In this document: positions 27,458 through 36,984 of the stretch, in pieces | How positions within the stretch are numbered: position 1 is the first letter of the stretch | Layout of the letters: each line of letters starts with the position of its first letter | Origin: Candidatus Woesebacteria bacterium GW2011_GWB1_39_10 | Lineage (GTDB): Bacteria > Patescibacteriota > Microgenomatia > UBA8517 | Reading direction: 5' to 3' | Assembly (NCBI GenBank): GCA_000993205.1 | Contig: LBVU01000002.1 | Location: 28,250 to 92,249, forward strand | DNA length: 64,000 bases | Position numbers and translations under genes: made by a program | The notes under the pieces: model-generated | The model's input: the letters and a program-made list of their open reading frames with translations, nothing else | Told to the model about the DNA's origin: nothing | Database searches by the model: none

Positions 27458-29397
27458 TTATCTAATAAACTTTTTGCTTTTCGCACAATACCCAGTTCAT
27501 CAATTTGATAATATCTTTCAAGATCGACAATACTCCCAGTTGTTCCAAAATCAAATCCGTGACCTGCGATAACACTGGGTCTTATTGATGTAAATTCCAT
27601 AACAGCCATACTCACAACCGATTGCAAAACTTTGTGAAAACCGTTATAGACAGTCAATACTGGCGTATCATTTTCTAATAAATTTAAAAAATCTTTTCCA
27701 AGTTCACCTGGGCTGATAACATTAACTACTCTAGTTGGTATATTATATTTGGATTCTAAAATTTCGGCTGCTTTAACAGAATTATGTGTTGTAAAACCAC
27801 TACTAACAATTACCAACCCAGGTTTTTTGCCGGGATCGTGCGTAATATAATGTCGAATATTTTTTAAGTCATCGATCTGGCGGTATAAAGGAGAAATATT
27901 TTTTCTGTGGAGTCTCGCATAAACAACTCCTGGATTATTTGTAAACGCCCAATTTAAAACATTAAACAAATCTTGCACATCGGCTGGTTCTTTTATGTTT
28001 AGTCCTGGCATATTTATCAGTGCTCCCGGTTGCCCACTTGTTTGGTGTGTCTTACCGTTCCTTTCTTGTGTTAAACCACTGTGTTCACCAACAATTATCA
28101 TTTTACTTCCACCCTGGGCAACAGCGTTTAATTGATCCATTGCTCTGTATATAAAAGCATCTCCAAAATTAATGAAAATACGAGCAAGTGGATCAGAAAT
28201 TGAAATCCCATGTGCCATCGCAACGGCATGCTGTTCCCTGATGCCTGTATCAATAAATTTAGTAAATCGCTCAAAATTAGCCATTTCTACTAAATCTTTT
28301 CTAATAAAGTCTGGAGTAATTACGTACATTTTTATCCGGTTGTCGGCCTCGATGATACTTCTCAATTCTTTAAAGTAAAATCCTTGGGAGTTATCAAGAT
28401 TGGTTTCATCATCGGGATTGACTGCAATATTAACATTTGGAAATTCGACTTTTGATTCTAACGATTGATCTAGCTTTTCAGGTCTAGTGACTAATCCATT
28501 AGCTAACAATTTTGCTTGCTGAACCTCGTCATTACGACTTTTTATTTCTTTTGCAGATAATTCTAATGCCTGACGCGCTAAATCTTTAGGAGTAACACTT
28601 AGGGTGTGATATCCACAAAAGTTTTCTTCTGCACCAGAAATGCCCCGACCTTTAATTGTATGTGCAATTACAAATGTTGGTTTTTGAATGTCTTCAAATT
28701 TTGAATACACCTCCATTATCTCTTCAACATTATGCCCGTCTGAAATTTCTAAAACATTCCAGCCATATCCCTCCCATATCCGTCTAACATCAGATCCGCT
28801 GTCAGATTCATTAGTCGGGCGAGATAATTGTTTGTCATTTTTATCAAGAATACAAATTAGGTTATCTAAACCCAAATTTGCGGCGTGTCTGGCAGCCTCA
28901 CTTATATTGCCTTCTTGTTCCTCACCGTCTCCTAAAAAAACGAATGTCTTGTGATTTGACCCTTTCTCTTTTGCGACAATTGCATCTCCAACTCCGTAGG
29001 ATAAAATCATACCAAGTGAACCCGACGGGGTTATGTCAACACCTGGGGTCGTATGCATATCTTCGTGACCTTGCAGCCTCGAGCCGAATTGCCTGTAAGT
29101 TTTTAGTTCATCTTCAGAAAACAAACCCATTAAACTAAATATTTTATATCTAACAGGTCCTTTATGACCAAGTATTAGAACCCTGTCTCTATTTTTATCT
29201 TGCGGATTAGCTGGATCAAATTTTAATACTCCTCCAAAATACAAACAGGTTAGTAACTCAATACATGAGGAATTTCCACCTAAATGTCCACTATTTGCAT
29301 TGATAATCGTTTCGAATACTGATTTTCTAATTTCTAGTGCGAGATTATTCAAAATATCTTTATCGTATTGCTTCACTGGTGGTGATAGTCTTTCCAT
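27454..29397 (-). CDS. Transketolase-like TPP-dependent enzyme.
   Basis: It has GHLGGNSS and DRVLILGHKG (TK N-terminal TPP motifs) and a pyrimidine-binding domain with GIREQHAV and GKTHQ. It is 647 aa. Confidence 0.65.
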   Translation of the reverse strand: MERLSPPVKQYDKDILNNLALEIRKSVFETIINANSGHLGGNSSCIELLTCLYFGGVLKFDPANPQDKNRDRVLILGHKGPVRYKIFSLMGLFSEDELKTYRQFGSRLQGHEDMHTTPGVDITPSGSLGMILSYGVGDAIVAKEKGSNHKTFVFLGDGEEQEGNISEAARHAANLGLDNLICILDKNDKQLSRPTNESDSGSDVRRIWEGYGWNVLEISDGHNVEEIMEVYSKFEDIQKPTFVIAHTIKGRGISGAEENFCGYHTLSVTPKDLARQALELSAKEIKSRNDEVQQAKLLANGLVTRPEKLDQSLESKVEFPNVNIAVNPDDETNLDNSQGFYFKELRSIIEADNRIKMYVITPDFIRKDLVEMANFERFTKFIDTGIREQHAVAMAHGISISDPLARIFINFGDAFIYRAMDQLNAVAQGGSKMIIVGEHSGLTQERNGKTHQTSGQPGALINMPGLNIKEPADVQDLFNVLNWAFTNNPGVVYARLHRKNISPLYRQIDDLKNIRHYITHDPGKKPGLVIVSSGFTTHNSVKAAEILESKYNIPTRVVNVISPGELGKDFLNLLENDTPVLTVYNGFHKVLQSVVSMAVMEFTSIRPSVIAGHGFDFGTTGSIVDLERYYQIDELGIVRKAKSLLDK

Positions 29398-29408
29398 AAA
29401 ATATAAAT

Positions 29409-30749
29409 CTAATTAATGTCCCTCCAAAATTGTCTTATAGAAAAATCTCTTAAAATTCCTTTCGGATTTTCTGTGTCAATTCTTCTAGCATAGACTATCG
29501 GTATAGAAAAATTTAGATCTTTGATTGTAGTCTTTTCATAATAACCTTTTTTGTAGGCCGTATACTGATAACTTTCGTGATCTCGATCAATACCTATTCC
29601 TACAATGCCTTTTTCTGCTGATTCATAACCCCAAAAATAATAAAAAGCAGTTTCATACAACGCTTTGCCAAACTGGGTCATTTGTTGTGAATCAACAAAC
29701 CATTTGAAGATATCACCAATTGCAAATTCACCATCTTTGTCTTTTACTCCTTGTAGATTTGTATCCAAATATTTTTGAAGTTCTTTTTTTTCTCTTCCCG
29801 AATTTTCATAAAATGGCATTAATCTTCCTATTTCTGGCATTGCTATTTGACTGACAATCTTTGATAATTGATCATTTTCATTAGGTATACTTCGTAACAG
29901 GCCCCAACGTGGCCCATATCTATTTTCAAGAAACTCTTCTACCTGAGAAGTAAAACTATCTAATGACAGTAGATTTATGTCAACAGCTTCTGTTGAGGTA
30001 TTTTTCATTAAAATTTTCATTTCTGCTTCATGCAAATCAAGCGTTTTTACCAATTCTGCGAGTCTTCCAGTTTTTAAATAATGTATAAAAATTTCAGGAA
30101 ACATATTCGAAGAGGCTCTTTTGGTTGCAGTTTGCTGATACCAATCGATCGTTAATTTATCTACACCAGCATTTACTAATAATCCTACTTCCAAATTCAA
30201 AGCCCTTACTATTTTTATTTTGTGAATATGATCTCTGAGAGAGAGTTCTCTAATTTTATGTGATTCGCGATGTGCGCATAAAAATGACTGTATACGAATG
30301 GAGGGTTCTTTATAAATCTTTGTAATAAAAGAGACCCCATCATCGATAAAATTAGAATCAGCCACAAAATTTTTATTCAAATGAAAATTAAACCCACTCA
30401 AAAGATAAGGTAAGAATCCCAATACAAACTGCTTGTCTATATTTTTTTTAATAATTTTGGGCAACCTCTCAATAATTTGTCTACCTTTTTTGACCTCTTC
30501 TCTATTGGGAATTTGATCAGAAATGACATATATCATAGTTGCCACAGCCCGTTCCCAACGCGAAGGTTTTTTGATACCTAATGGATCGAAATCGAGAGAG
30601 CCAATATTCTGCAGTAAACCATTCGATTCAAACAAAGCTGGTTCTTCTGATTTTTTAAGTTTTGAGAGATCGTCAACCTCAACTTCATCACCTGACAATG
30701 AGGAAAGTTTTTGATTTGCTGAGATATCGTAGTAATTAACTCTTTCCAT
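29409..30749 (-). CDS. Hypothetical protein of 446 aa.
   Basis: It has no recognisable motifs. It is co-oriented and tightly spaced with the TK-like gene. Confidence 0.4.
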   Translation of the reverse strand: MERVNYYDISANQKLSSLSGDEVEVDDLSKLKKSEEPALFESNGLLQNIGSLDFDPLGIKKPSRWERAVATMIYVISDQIPNREEVKKGRQIIERLPKIIKKNIDKQFVLGFLPYLLSGFNFHLNKNFVADSNFIDDGVSFITKIYKEPSIRIQSFLCAHRESHKIRELSLRDHIHKIKIVRALNLEVGLLVNAGVDKLTIDWYQQTATKRASSNMFPEIFIHYLKTGRLAELVKTLDLHEAEMKILMKNTSTEAVDINLLSLDSFTSQVEEFLENRYGPRWGLLRSIPNENDQLSKIVSQIAMPEIGRLMPFYENSGREKKELQKYLDTNLQGVKDKDGEFAIGDIFKWFVDSQQMTQFGKALYETAFYYFWGYESAEKGIVGIGIDRDHESYQYTAYKKGYYEKTTIKDLNFSIPIVYARRIDTENPKGILRDFSIRQFWRDIN

Positions 30750-30871
30750 ACTTTTAACGTCGAATATACCGCATTACTGCGATTAGAGGATTATATCACT
30801 AAATGCAAATTTAAGCCCAAATTGATTATTGAGTAACAAAGTTACTCGGCTGAAGCGATCCTAGTAGAAAT

Positions 30872-31396
30872 TTATTTAGCGGTGTTTATTACAAAAGTTT
30901 TTATTCTGTCAAGCTCCTTATAAAAATGATCGTTACCTGGCCATTCAACTAAATTGTAATTAATCACACCCTCAGCTTTAAGAAAAATTTTTAATTCTTT
31001 GGCTGACGTAATTGGATCATTTGTATGTTGGATTATTGTCAATGGTACTTTAAGATTTTTAAACCATTTATTAATATCAAAATTATGTTTGTAAGCCCAA
31101 TGTACTGGAACACCTACAAAAAAACATTTTATAGGTAATATTTTTTCATCAAATATCGCCTTCGTGGCTACCAAACTGCCGACAGATTTAGCAAATATTA
31201 TATATTTGGCTTTTAAATTTATATTCTTAATCAATTTATCGACTTCCTTGTTGAGGTTAATTAATTCCGTACCAGATTTCCAATGATCGTAATACTGGAT
31301 TTGAGTTGATTTAAAGTATGGCTTAAGGATCAATTCAATTTCTTCTATCCAATCTTTATTGTCTACACCATTTCCACCCAAAAGTATTAAATTCAT
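30872..31396 (-). CDS. RBBP9/YdeN-like small serine hydrolase (alpha/beta fold).
   Basis: It has a nucleophile-elbow-like FAKSVGS and resembles YdeN along its length (GGNG...DWI; NDP; GNDHF). Confidence 0.4.
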   Translation of the reverse strand: MNLILLGGNGVDNKDWIEEIELILKPYFKSTQIQYYDHWKSGTELINLNKEVDKLIKNINLKAKYIIFAKSVGSLVATKAIFDEKILPIKCFFVGVPVHWAYKHNFDINKWFKNLKVPLTIIQHTNDPITSAKELKIFLKAEGVINYNLVEWPGNDHFYKELDRIKTFVINTAK

Positions 31397-31598
31397 ATGA
31401 TTGCTTATAATTTAGCTTTCCAGCATATTCTCTCACACTTGAAAATCCTTTTTATAGTTATATCCCGCTAAAGGTTTTCCATTCTTGATTACAACCAATC
31501 TCAACCTGACATTTAATTTATGCTCATTCATGTGGGAACCTCATTATAACACCAAACCTGGCAAGGGTTTACATTGAAGTGTATAATCCCTATTTAAT

Positions 31599-33440
31599 AT
31601 GGAGATCCTCCATCCTTCATTTTCTCCCGAATTGGCGGCGCCCACCCGTCTGGAAGATTTAGTAGCCAAGGAACCATTTCTTCAAAAAGCCTGGGATGTC
31701 GCCGAAACTGCTCATGCAGGCCAAACCAGGAAAGACGGGAAAACTCCGTATTTCACTCATTGTATAGGTGTAGCCAGAATCATGTACGAAGAGTGGGGGA
31801 TTACCGATCCGGAAAAACTTTCCGTTGGCCTTCTTCACGATACGATTGAGGATACCGATTTAACTCTCGATAACATCCGAACAGTTTTCGGTGAAGAAGT
31901 GGCCTTCGGTGTTGAAAGTGTTACCCAATTCAGCCCCGAAAATGAAGCAAAATTAATTAAAGCTGAGGCTGATTTTGAAAGCGCCAAAAAAGTTTTTGCA
32001 AAAACTTTGATTGACCCGATCGTTGCGATCTACAAACTTGCCGACAGACTTTACAACATGAGAGATATGGCTGCAATAACACCACAAAAACGCACGGAGA
32101 ACGGAATTACGTCCCTGAACTATTTTGCCCCTCTTGCAGAATCTCTTGGAATGTGGGTTGTTAAAAGGGAGTTGGAAAATTTATCACTCCAATATACAGA
32201 TTCAAAAAAATTTGAAATTTATTCAGGTTTGATGGAAAAGGACCCACGCACAAACGAGCATTTTATCGCCTACATGACATCATTTTTAACCGAAAAATTA
32301 AAAGATGAAGGTACCGAATGTAAAGTATCCTATCGAAAAAACAGTCTTGTAAAAATAATGGACAAGGCAAAAAACAATTTATTTAAAGATATTGACGATG
32401 TTATCAGTTTCCGTGTAACTGTTAGTTCAAAGGATGAAAGGAGCATTAGAAACGAATGCATGAAAGCGCTTGGTGTTATTTGGGAAGAGTTTGGGGGTAC
32501 TGAGGATCAAAAAAGATTTGACAATTTTTATTTTGTACCCAGAGACAATGGCTATAGCGCTTTTCAGGTAACTTTAAATCTGCCCGAAGGGGCAATAAAA
32601 ATCGCTATAACGTCAAAGGAAAAGGAAGATTACAACAATTGGGGTGTTCTAAGTTCACTTAAGAAGGGTAAAACGGACCTAAAAAAGTATGCTCTTAAGC
32701 TGGTCTTTACGCCAATGGGGGAGGTTAAATTCTTTCCTCCAAGCGCCAATGGATTCGATTATGCCTATCACATTGACGAAAAACTAGGCGCGCAAGCGAT
32801 GGAAATGTTAGTCAACGGGCAACGGCAAGATCTTGCAACAATTATTCCAAACGGAGCGGTTGTAAAAATCCTGGGAGGAGAGGAAAGAATTGCGCCGGAC
32901 GCCGGAGTGGTCCACCATGTATTACCCAAAACAAAACAAAAAATCGATCGGCAGTTTTTGGAGCTTGAAATGACTGAACAACAAAAAAGTGGGCGCGAAA
33001 TTGTTACAAAAATAATTTCCCAAAGAGGACTCTTAAATTTGTACGATATCTTGAGATTAAAGGAATACTCCAGAATAATTATGGATATTCTGGACCAGCT
33101 CGGAAGTAAGGGTTCTTTAACCAGACTTTATCAATCGATTGGCTCAGGAGTGGTCAGTGAGAAAGATTTAATCTCAGAACTGGATAGAAACGGAATAACT
33201 AAAGAGGCTATGGGTTTTACTTCAGTTCTTATTGAAGGGCCGGATGGACCCGGGCGGCTGAACTTCTTCACCTCAACGGTCGAAAAACTCGGGGGGAACA
33301 TTCGCAGGAACTATGGTGAAAGCGCTAAACAAATTTTTACTCAACACTTCGTTATTGAAAATTTAAATGAGGGGGCCGAGAAAAAGTTGGGGGAATTGCT
33401 TAAAAAAGATCCAAGAATAGCCAAGGTAATCGTTGTTTAA
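31599..33440 (+). CDS. RelA/SpoT-homologue (p)ppGpp hydrolase/synthetase.
   Basis: Its HD domain carries HAGQTRKDGKTPYFTHCIGVA...LLHDTIEDT. The synthetase-like region (DVISFRVTV...NGYSAFQVTL) has substitutions at the conserved Gly and His. Confidence 0.65.
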   Translation: MEILHPSFSPELAAPTRLEDLVAKEPFLQKAWDVAETAHAGQTRKDGKTPYFTHCIGVARIMYEEWGITDPEKLSVGLLHDTIEDTDLTLDNIRTVFGEEVAFGVESVTQFSPENEAKLIKAEADFESAKKVFAKTLIDPIVAIYKLADRLYNMRDMAAITPQKRTENGITSLNYFAPLAESLGMWVVKRELENLSLQYTDSKKFEIYSGLMEKDPRTNEHFIAYMTSFLTEKLKDEGTECKVSYRKNSLVKIMDKAKNNLFKDIDDVISFRVTVSSKDERSIRNECMKALGVIWEEFGGTEDQKRFDNFYFVPRDNGYSAFQVTLNLPEGAIKIAITSKEKEDYNNWGVLSSLKKGKTDLKKYALKLVFTPMGEVKFFPPSANGFDYAYHIDEKLGAQAMEMLVNGQRQDLATIIPNGAVVKILGGEERIAPDAGVVHHVLPKTKQKIDRQFLELEMTEQQKSGREIVTKIISQRGLLNLYDILRLKEYSRIIMDILDQLGSKGSLTRLYQSIGSGVVSEKDLISELDRNGITKEAMGFTSVLIEGPDGPGRLNFFTSTVEKLGGNIRRNYGESAKQIFTQHFVIENLNEGAEKKLGELLKKDPRIAKVIVV

Positions 33441-33448
33441 ATTAAAAA

Positions 33449-34009
33449 TTAATAACTTCTCAGAAGAATTTGTGAATTCGATGATAATGTTGTGTCTTGA
33501 ATACCGCCTCCAATAACACTCCGCATTTCAAGAAAAACATTGACTGATGGTGGATTCGCCGAAGCGCCTTTTTGACAGATAAAACTGCATGATGTGACTA
33601 TTACATCATCTGACGTAAGCCTACCCGAACCCGAAGCCACATGAGCGTCGGCGCCGCCAATATTCACGCATGAAAAAGAAGTAGCATCTCCTTGTTGGTC
33701 GGTATAATTTAAAATGTGAGAATCCGGATTAGTGACACAGTCGGGAATCGAATTCGCATTTCTAATCTGGCGTTCTATAACGCTCATCGCATAATTAAGA
33801 TTTTCACCCACTTTGACTTGACTCTCGCTTTTCCTACCTCCCCGCAAAGATAGGGCAATTGATCCGGTAACAATAATTCCCAAAAAAGCAAAAATCGCCA
33901 CAACAATCAATATTTCTAAAAGACTCATCCCGCGAATCAGTTCCTGTTTGGACTTAGTTGTAAATTGTAAATTGTAAATTGTAAATTTTTTCATCACCTC
34001 TGTCTCCAA
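33449..34009 (-). CDS. Type IV pilin-like protein (prepilin).
   Basis: It has a class III signal ...ELIRG|MSLLEILIVVAIFAFL. A 27-aa leader contains a perfect (ATTTACA)x4 repeat. The likely start is the inner Met at 33994. Confidence 0.6.
   Translation of the reverse strand: METEVMKKFTIYNLQFTTKSKQELIRGMSLLEILIVVAIFAFLGIIVTGSIALSLRGGRKSESQVKVGENLNYAMSVIERQIRNANSIPDCVTNPDSHILNYTDQQGDATSFSCVNIGGADAHVASGSGRLTSDDVIVTSCSFICQKGASANPPSVNVFLEMRSVIGGGIQDTTLSSNSQILLRSY
33960..33987. repeat. Perfect heptanucleotide tandem repeat (GTAAATT)x4 inside the leader-coding region of the pilin gene.
   Basis: The sequence gtaaatt gtaaatt gtaaatt gtaaatt encodes KFTIYNLQFTT on the minus strand. Confidence 0.9.
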
Positions 34010-34446
34010 TCGGAAAAGTTTGTTGTACTTCTAACTTCATGTATTCCCTGAGAATCTTGCCATGTGACGACAATGTCTGCTTCAATTAGGGTTTTTGTGT
34101 TAACAGTCGTTATATTAAAATTGACCTGCCTTTTGAATAAAGTGTCGGAAATTTCATCACCACCGATACAGGCCCTCTGTAAATTCCACGAAAGTTCGAC
34201 AAGACACCAAACTCCTGATTGAGCTTTAATGATAAACCCATCCATATCGCTGTCTCTCTGACCTCTAAGCCATTCTGTCGCTTGTTGAGCATAAATGGCC
34301 GCCTGATTGCTATTTTTAGAATAAGTCGAATTTCTTATAGAACTTGCAACCAGCGAAACAATTCCGGTAATAATAAGGGCGGAAATGGCCAGCGCAATAA
34401 CTATCTCAAACATTGATTGCCCTAAATTTTTTTCTTTACTGATCAT
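33994..34446 (-). CDS. Pseudopilin-like protein.
   Basis: It has N-terminal KNLG|QSMFEIVIALAISALIITG, a prepilin-like site with Glu at +5. Confidence 0.5.
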   Translation of the reverse strand: MISKEKNLGQSMFEIVIALAISALIITGIVSLVASSIRNSTYSKNSNQAAIYAQQATEWLRGQRDSDMDGFIIKAQSGVWCLVELSWNLQRACIGGDEISDTLFKRQVNFNITTVNTKTLIEADIVVTWQDSQGIHEVRSTTNFSDWRQR

Positions 34447-34447
34447 T

Positions 34448-34957
34448 TTACTTGATTTCGCCCGATGAACTAACGATTACGTCCAATGTATTATTTATTC
34501 CAACTTGGCTAATGGTAACTACTGCTGTCGCTCCGCTCACGAGATTTGTACCATGACCCAATACTTTGAACTCAATCGGGTTCGGAGAAGGCGTTGAAAG
34601 TATAATTCCGTCCGGCATGTTGACAGTTTTAACCGTAACCGGCCCTCCGCTACAATTGGCGGCGACAAGATACTGCGATGAACTACTTACAGTGAATGTG
34701 AAGCCGCTCAAATTATTTGGCGGGTCGCATTTTGCGTCTATTGGTTTTTGTCCGGACAGAGCCTGCTCCTGCGCCAGTCTCAAGTCTCCCACAACAAGTT
34801 TCCCAACCCCGCCAACTGCCTGACGCCTCGAAAAATCTCTAAAACTGGTAAATCCAAAGCCAAAAAGCATTCCAATAATCGTTAAGCCCACCAGAATTTC
34901 AATCAGGGTATATGCCGAAGTATTTTGTATATTGTATTTAGTATATTGGGCAGACAT
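34448..34957 (-). CDS. Type IV pilin-like protein.
   Basis: It has NTSA|YTLIEILVGLTIIGMLFGF, with Ala at -1 and Glu at +5. Confidence 0.5.
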   Translation of the reverse strand: MSAQYTKYNIQNTSAYTLIEILVGLTIIGMLFGFGFTSFRDFSRRQAVGGVGKLVVGDLRLAQEQALSGQKPIDAKCDPPNNLSGFTFTVSSSSQYLVAANCSGGPVTVKTVNMPDGIILSTPSPNPIEFKVLGHGTNLVSGATAVVTISQVGINNTLDVIVSSSGEIK

Positions 34958-34970
34958 TTGATTGGGCTAT

Positions 34971-34996
34971 ATACAATATACTACATACTACATACC
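34971..34996. repeat. ATACTAC-type heptamer tandem repeat (~3.5 units) directly upstream of the pilin gene start at 34957.
   Basis: The sequence is atacaat atactac atactac atacc. Confidence 0.7.
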
Positions 34997-35001
34997 CGAG
35001 C

Positions 35002-35559
35002 CTAGGGGTTTGTTACTTTATAGTTGCAGGTAGACGTCCCACACGAGGAGCTTTCTTCACAAGTAACTGTGGTTCCTCCTTGCTCCAGAGCGGCGCATAA
35101 TTCGTAAGCTGTTCCGTCTGCCGAATAATATTTATAATCGTTGTTAGGAGAGATTGGATCAACGGGGACACTGGAAAGATAAATATTTGAATCTAAACAA
35201 GAAGTAGTAGAAGTTCCATCGCCTTTGAGTACAGAACCCAAAGACAACGGATATTTATTGCAATCAGCTTTATATATTTCAACGGCGCTTCTTATCTGTT
35301 CCAAATCCGCCTTTCTTCTTGAATCGCGGGCAGATTGCCTGGCGCCCTGAAGACCAAAAACAGAAAGTCCGATCAGGATTCCGATTATGGAAATCGTTAC
35401 CAATAGCTCAATCAGCGTGAAGCCCGAATTTGTAATTTGAAATTTGCTTGCACTCGCTTGACGTGTGTAATTTGAAATTTTCATTATAGTGGGCATACTC
35501 CTCCCACGGGCAAACTCCAACTTGCTACCGTAATCGTTCCAACTTTTCCACCTGAACAA
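35002..35559 (-). CDS. Type IV pilin-like protein.
   Basis: It has ...QITNSG|FTLIELLVTISIIGILIGL. The leader coding contains a 15-nt direct repeat AAATTTCAAATTACA x2. The likely start is 35496 or 35484. Confidence 0.65.
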   Translation of the reverse strand: MFRWKSWNDYGSKLEFARGRSMPTIMKISNYTRQASASKFQITNSGFTLIELLVTISIIGILIGLSVFGLQGARQSARDSRRKADLEQIRSAVEIYKADCNKYPLSLGSVLKGDGTSTTSCLDSNIYLSSVPVDPISPNNDYKYYSADGTAYELCAALEQGGTTVTCEESSSCGTSTCNYKVTNP

Positions 35560-36035
35560 ATAATCCAGTAATTATCCGAGCTCTCCAACTTGTCCCATAA
35601 AACATATTGAATTCCCAAAGCTGTCCCGTCTGATACGGTACCATCCGATTGATATTTGTATACATAGAAACCGCTCGTATCGGTTTTGCTTGGATCCGAA
35701 GGACAACCGGTCATGGATAAATCTGAACACAGTGTGGTTGCGGCGCCTATCCCTGATGCGTCGGGGCGGGAAGGGTAGAAAGTATTATTTTTATTTGCAT
35801 AACTTTCGAGCGAACTTTGAAATTGTTTTAAATCCGATTTTCTTTGAGTATCGCGGCCTTGGCGTTGGGCGGTAGTAAAAGAAGCTAAAGATAAGGCAGC
35901 TAAAATCCCGATTATTGAAATCACCACTAGAAGCTCAATCAGTGTGAAGCCCAAATTCTTCGTTCTTCGTTCTTCGTTCATCGTTTTTATAGTCATTGTT
36001 CTATTTGAAACATCCATTTTGTTGTTGGACACCAA
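35484..36035 (-). CDS. Type IV pilin-like protein.
   Basis: It has MNEERRTKNLG|FTLIELLVVISIIGILAAL. Codons 2-8 are encoded by (AACGAAG)x3. The likely start is 35981. Confidence 0.65.
   Translation of the reverse strand: MVSNNKMDVSNRTMTIKTMNEERRTKNLGFTLIELLVVISIIGILAALSLASFTTAQRQGRDTQRKSDLKQFQSSLESYANKNNTFYPSRPDASGIGAATTLCSDLSMTGCPSDPSKTDTSGFYVYKYQSDGTVSDGTALGIQYVLWDKLESSDNYWIICSGGKVGTITVASWSLPVGGVCPL
35958..35985. repeat. Heptanucleotide tandem repeat (CTTCGTT)x3 plus one imperfect unit at the 5' end of the pilin coding sequence.
   Basis: The sequence is cttcgtt cttcgtt cttcgtt catcgtt. The imperfect unit contains the ATG on the minus strand. Confidence 0.9.
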
Positions 36036-36436
36036 GCATCGTACGGCGCGGCTGCGGCCGAAACCCCTTGAGTATCACTGGCATTCTCCAAACACGCAGA
36101 AAGAATATAACTATTACCATCTGTGCCAACTTCATATTTATGTGTTTGACTTGTAAGCGGGTCTCCCGGTAATTTGCTCATATAAGTAACCCCGCTGTCC
36201 GTCCATGAAGATCCCCAAAGACTGTCAAAATAGCCATCCACAGGATAGGTGTTTTTATCATTGTAATAAAGTCTTAAGGCGGTTGCGATGCTTCTAATAT
36301 CGGATTTTCTTGCAGCATCCCGCGCCCTGCTTCTTGCCGAATTAAGATTTGCGCTAACCAAGGTAGCCAATATACCGATAATAGAAATAACCACAAGAAG
36401 TTCAATTAAGGTAAAGCCCCGGGCAAGTTTGTACAT
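35993..36436 (-). CDS. Type IV pilin.
   Basis: It has MYKLARG|FTLIELLVVISIIGILATL, a canonical short leader. Confidence 0.75.
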   Translation of the reverse strand: MYKLARGFTLIELLVVISIIGILATLVSANLNSARSRARDAARKSDIRSIATALRLYYNDKNTYPVDGYFDSLWGSSWTDSGVTYMSKLPGDPLTSQTHKYEVGTDGNSYILSACLENASDTQGVSAAAAPYDAWCPTTKWMFQIEQ

Positions 36437-36451
36437 AATTAAGTATATAAT

Positions 36452-36982
36452 TTATTCGGACGGTTTAGTATTACTACTGGTTATGGCAAAATTGCAATAC
36501 TTAGTGCCTCCTCCACATAGATAACCCGTCGGAGGAATAATCAAATCCGGATCCTGAGTGTTTTCAAGGTATGCAAAAAGCTGAAACTTTTGACCGTTCG
36601 GCGCGTCTGCTATACGATAATAATAATTTTGACCTGATACGGGATCTTTGGGCATTACCTTGAAATAAATTGTTTTTCCGTCCCCAAATTCCCCGGTTCC
36701 CCAAGCGCACGTAGTAGAAGTATTATACGGACAAGCCAAGATCGCCCCTCCTGAATCATCAGGATATTTCCCGTAATCAGAATAAAAAAGCTCAAGGGCG
36801 CTTGATATCTGTTTTAAATCACTCTTCCTTTGGGCATCTCTTCCTCTCGCTTGAGAATTTCTAAAAGAAACTAGAGCAATTGTAACTAAAACACCTAAAA
36901 TCGCCATTACCACAAGAAGCTCAACCAGAGTAAATCCAATTTCATAAATCTTGAATCTTGATGGAATATAATTACTTTTCAT
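36452..36982 (-). CDS. Type IV pilin-like protein.
   Basis: It has ...KIYEIG|FTLVELLVVMAILGVL. Confidence 0.7.
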   Translation of the reverse strand: MKSNYIPSRFKIYEIGFTLVELLVVMAILGVLVTIALVSFRNSQARGRDAQRKSDLKQISSALELFYSDYGKYPDDSGGAILACPYNTSTTCAWGTGEFGDGKTIYFKVMPKDPVSGQNYYYRIADAPNGQKFQLFAYLENTQDPDLIIPPTGYLCGGGTKYCNFAITSSNTKPSE

Positions 36983-36984
36983 TA

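Noticed and set aside
30823-30839. Hairpin GAGTAACaaaGTTACTC, considered as a terminator for the minus-strand gene 30872..31396.
   Set aside because: It has no U-run on the relevant strand, so it is a weak terminator candidate.
33958-35990. Possible CRISPR or mini-array reading of the short tandem repeats.
   Set aside because: The units are 7 nt with no spacers and sit inside or adjacent to pilin coding sequence. They are simple sequence repeats, not CRISPR.
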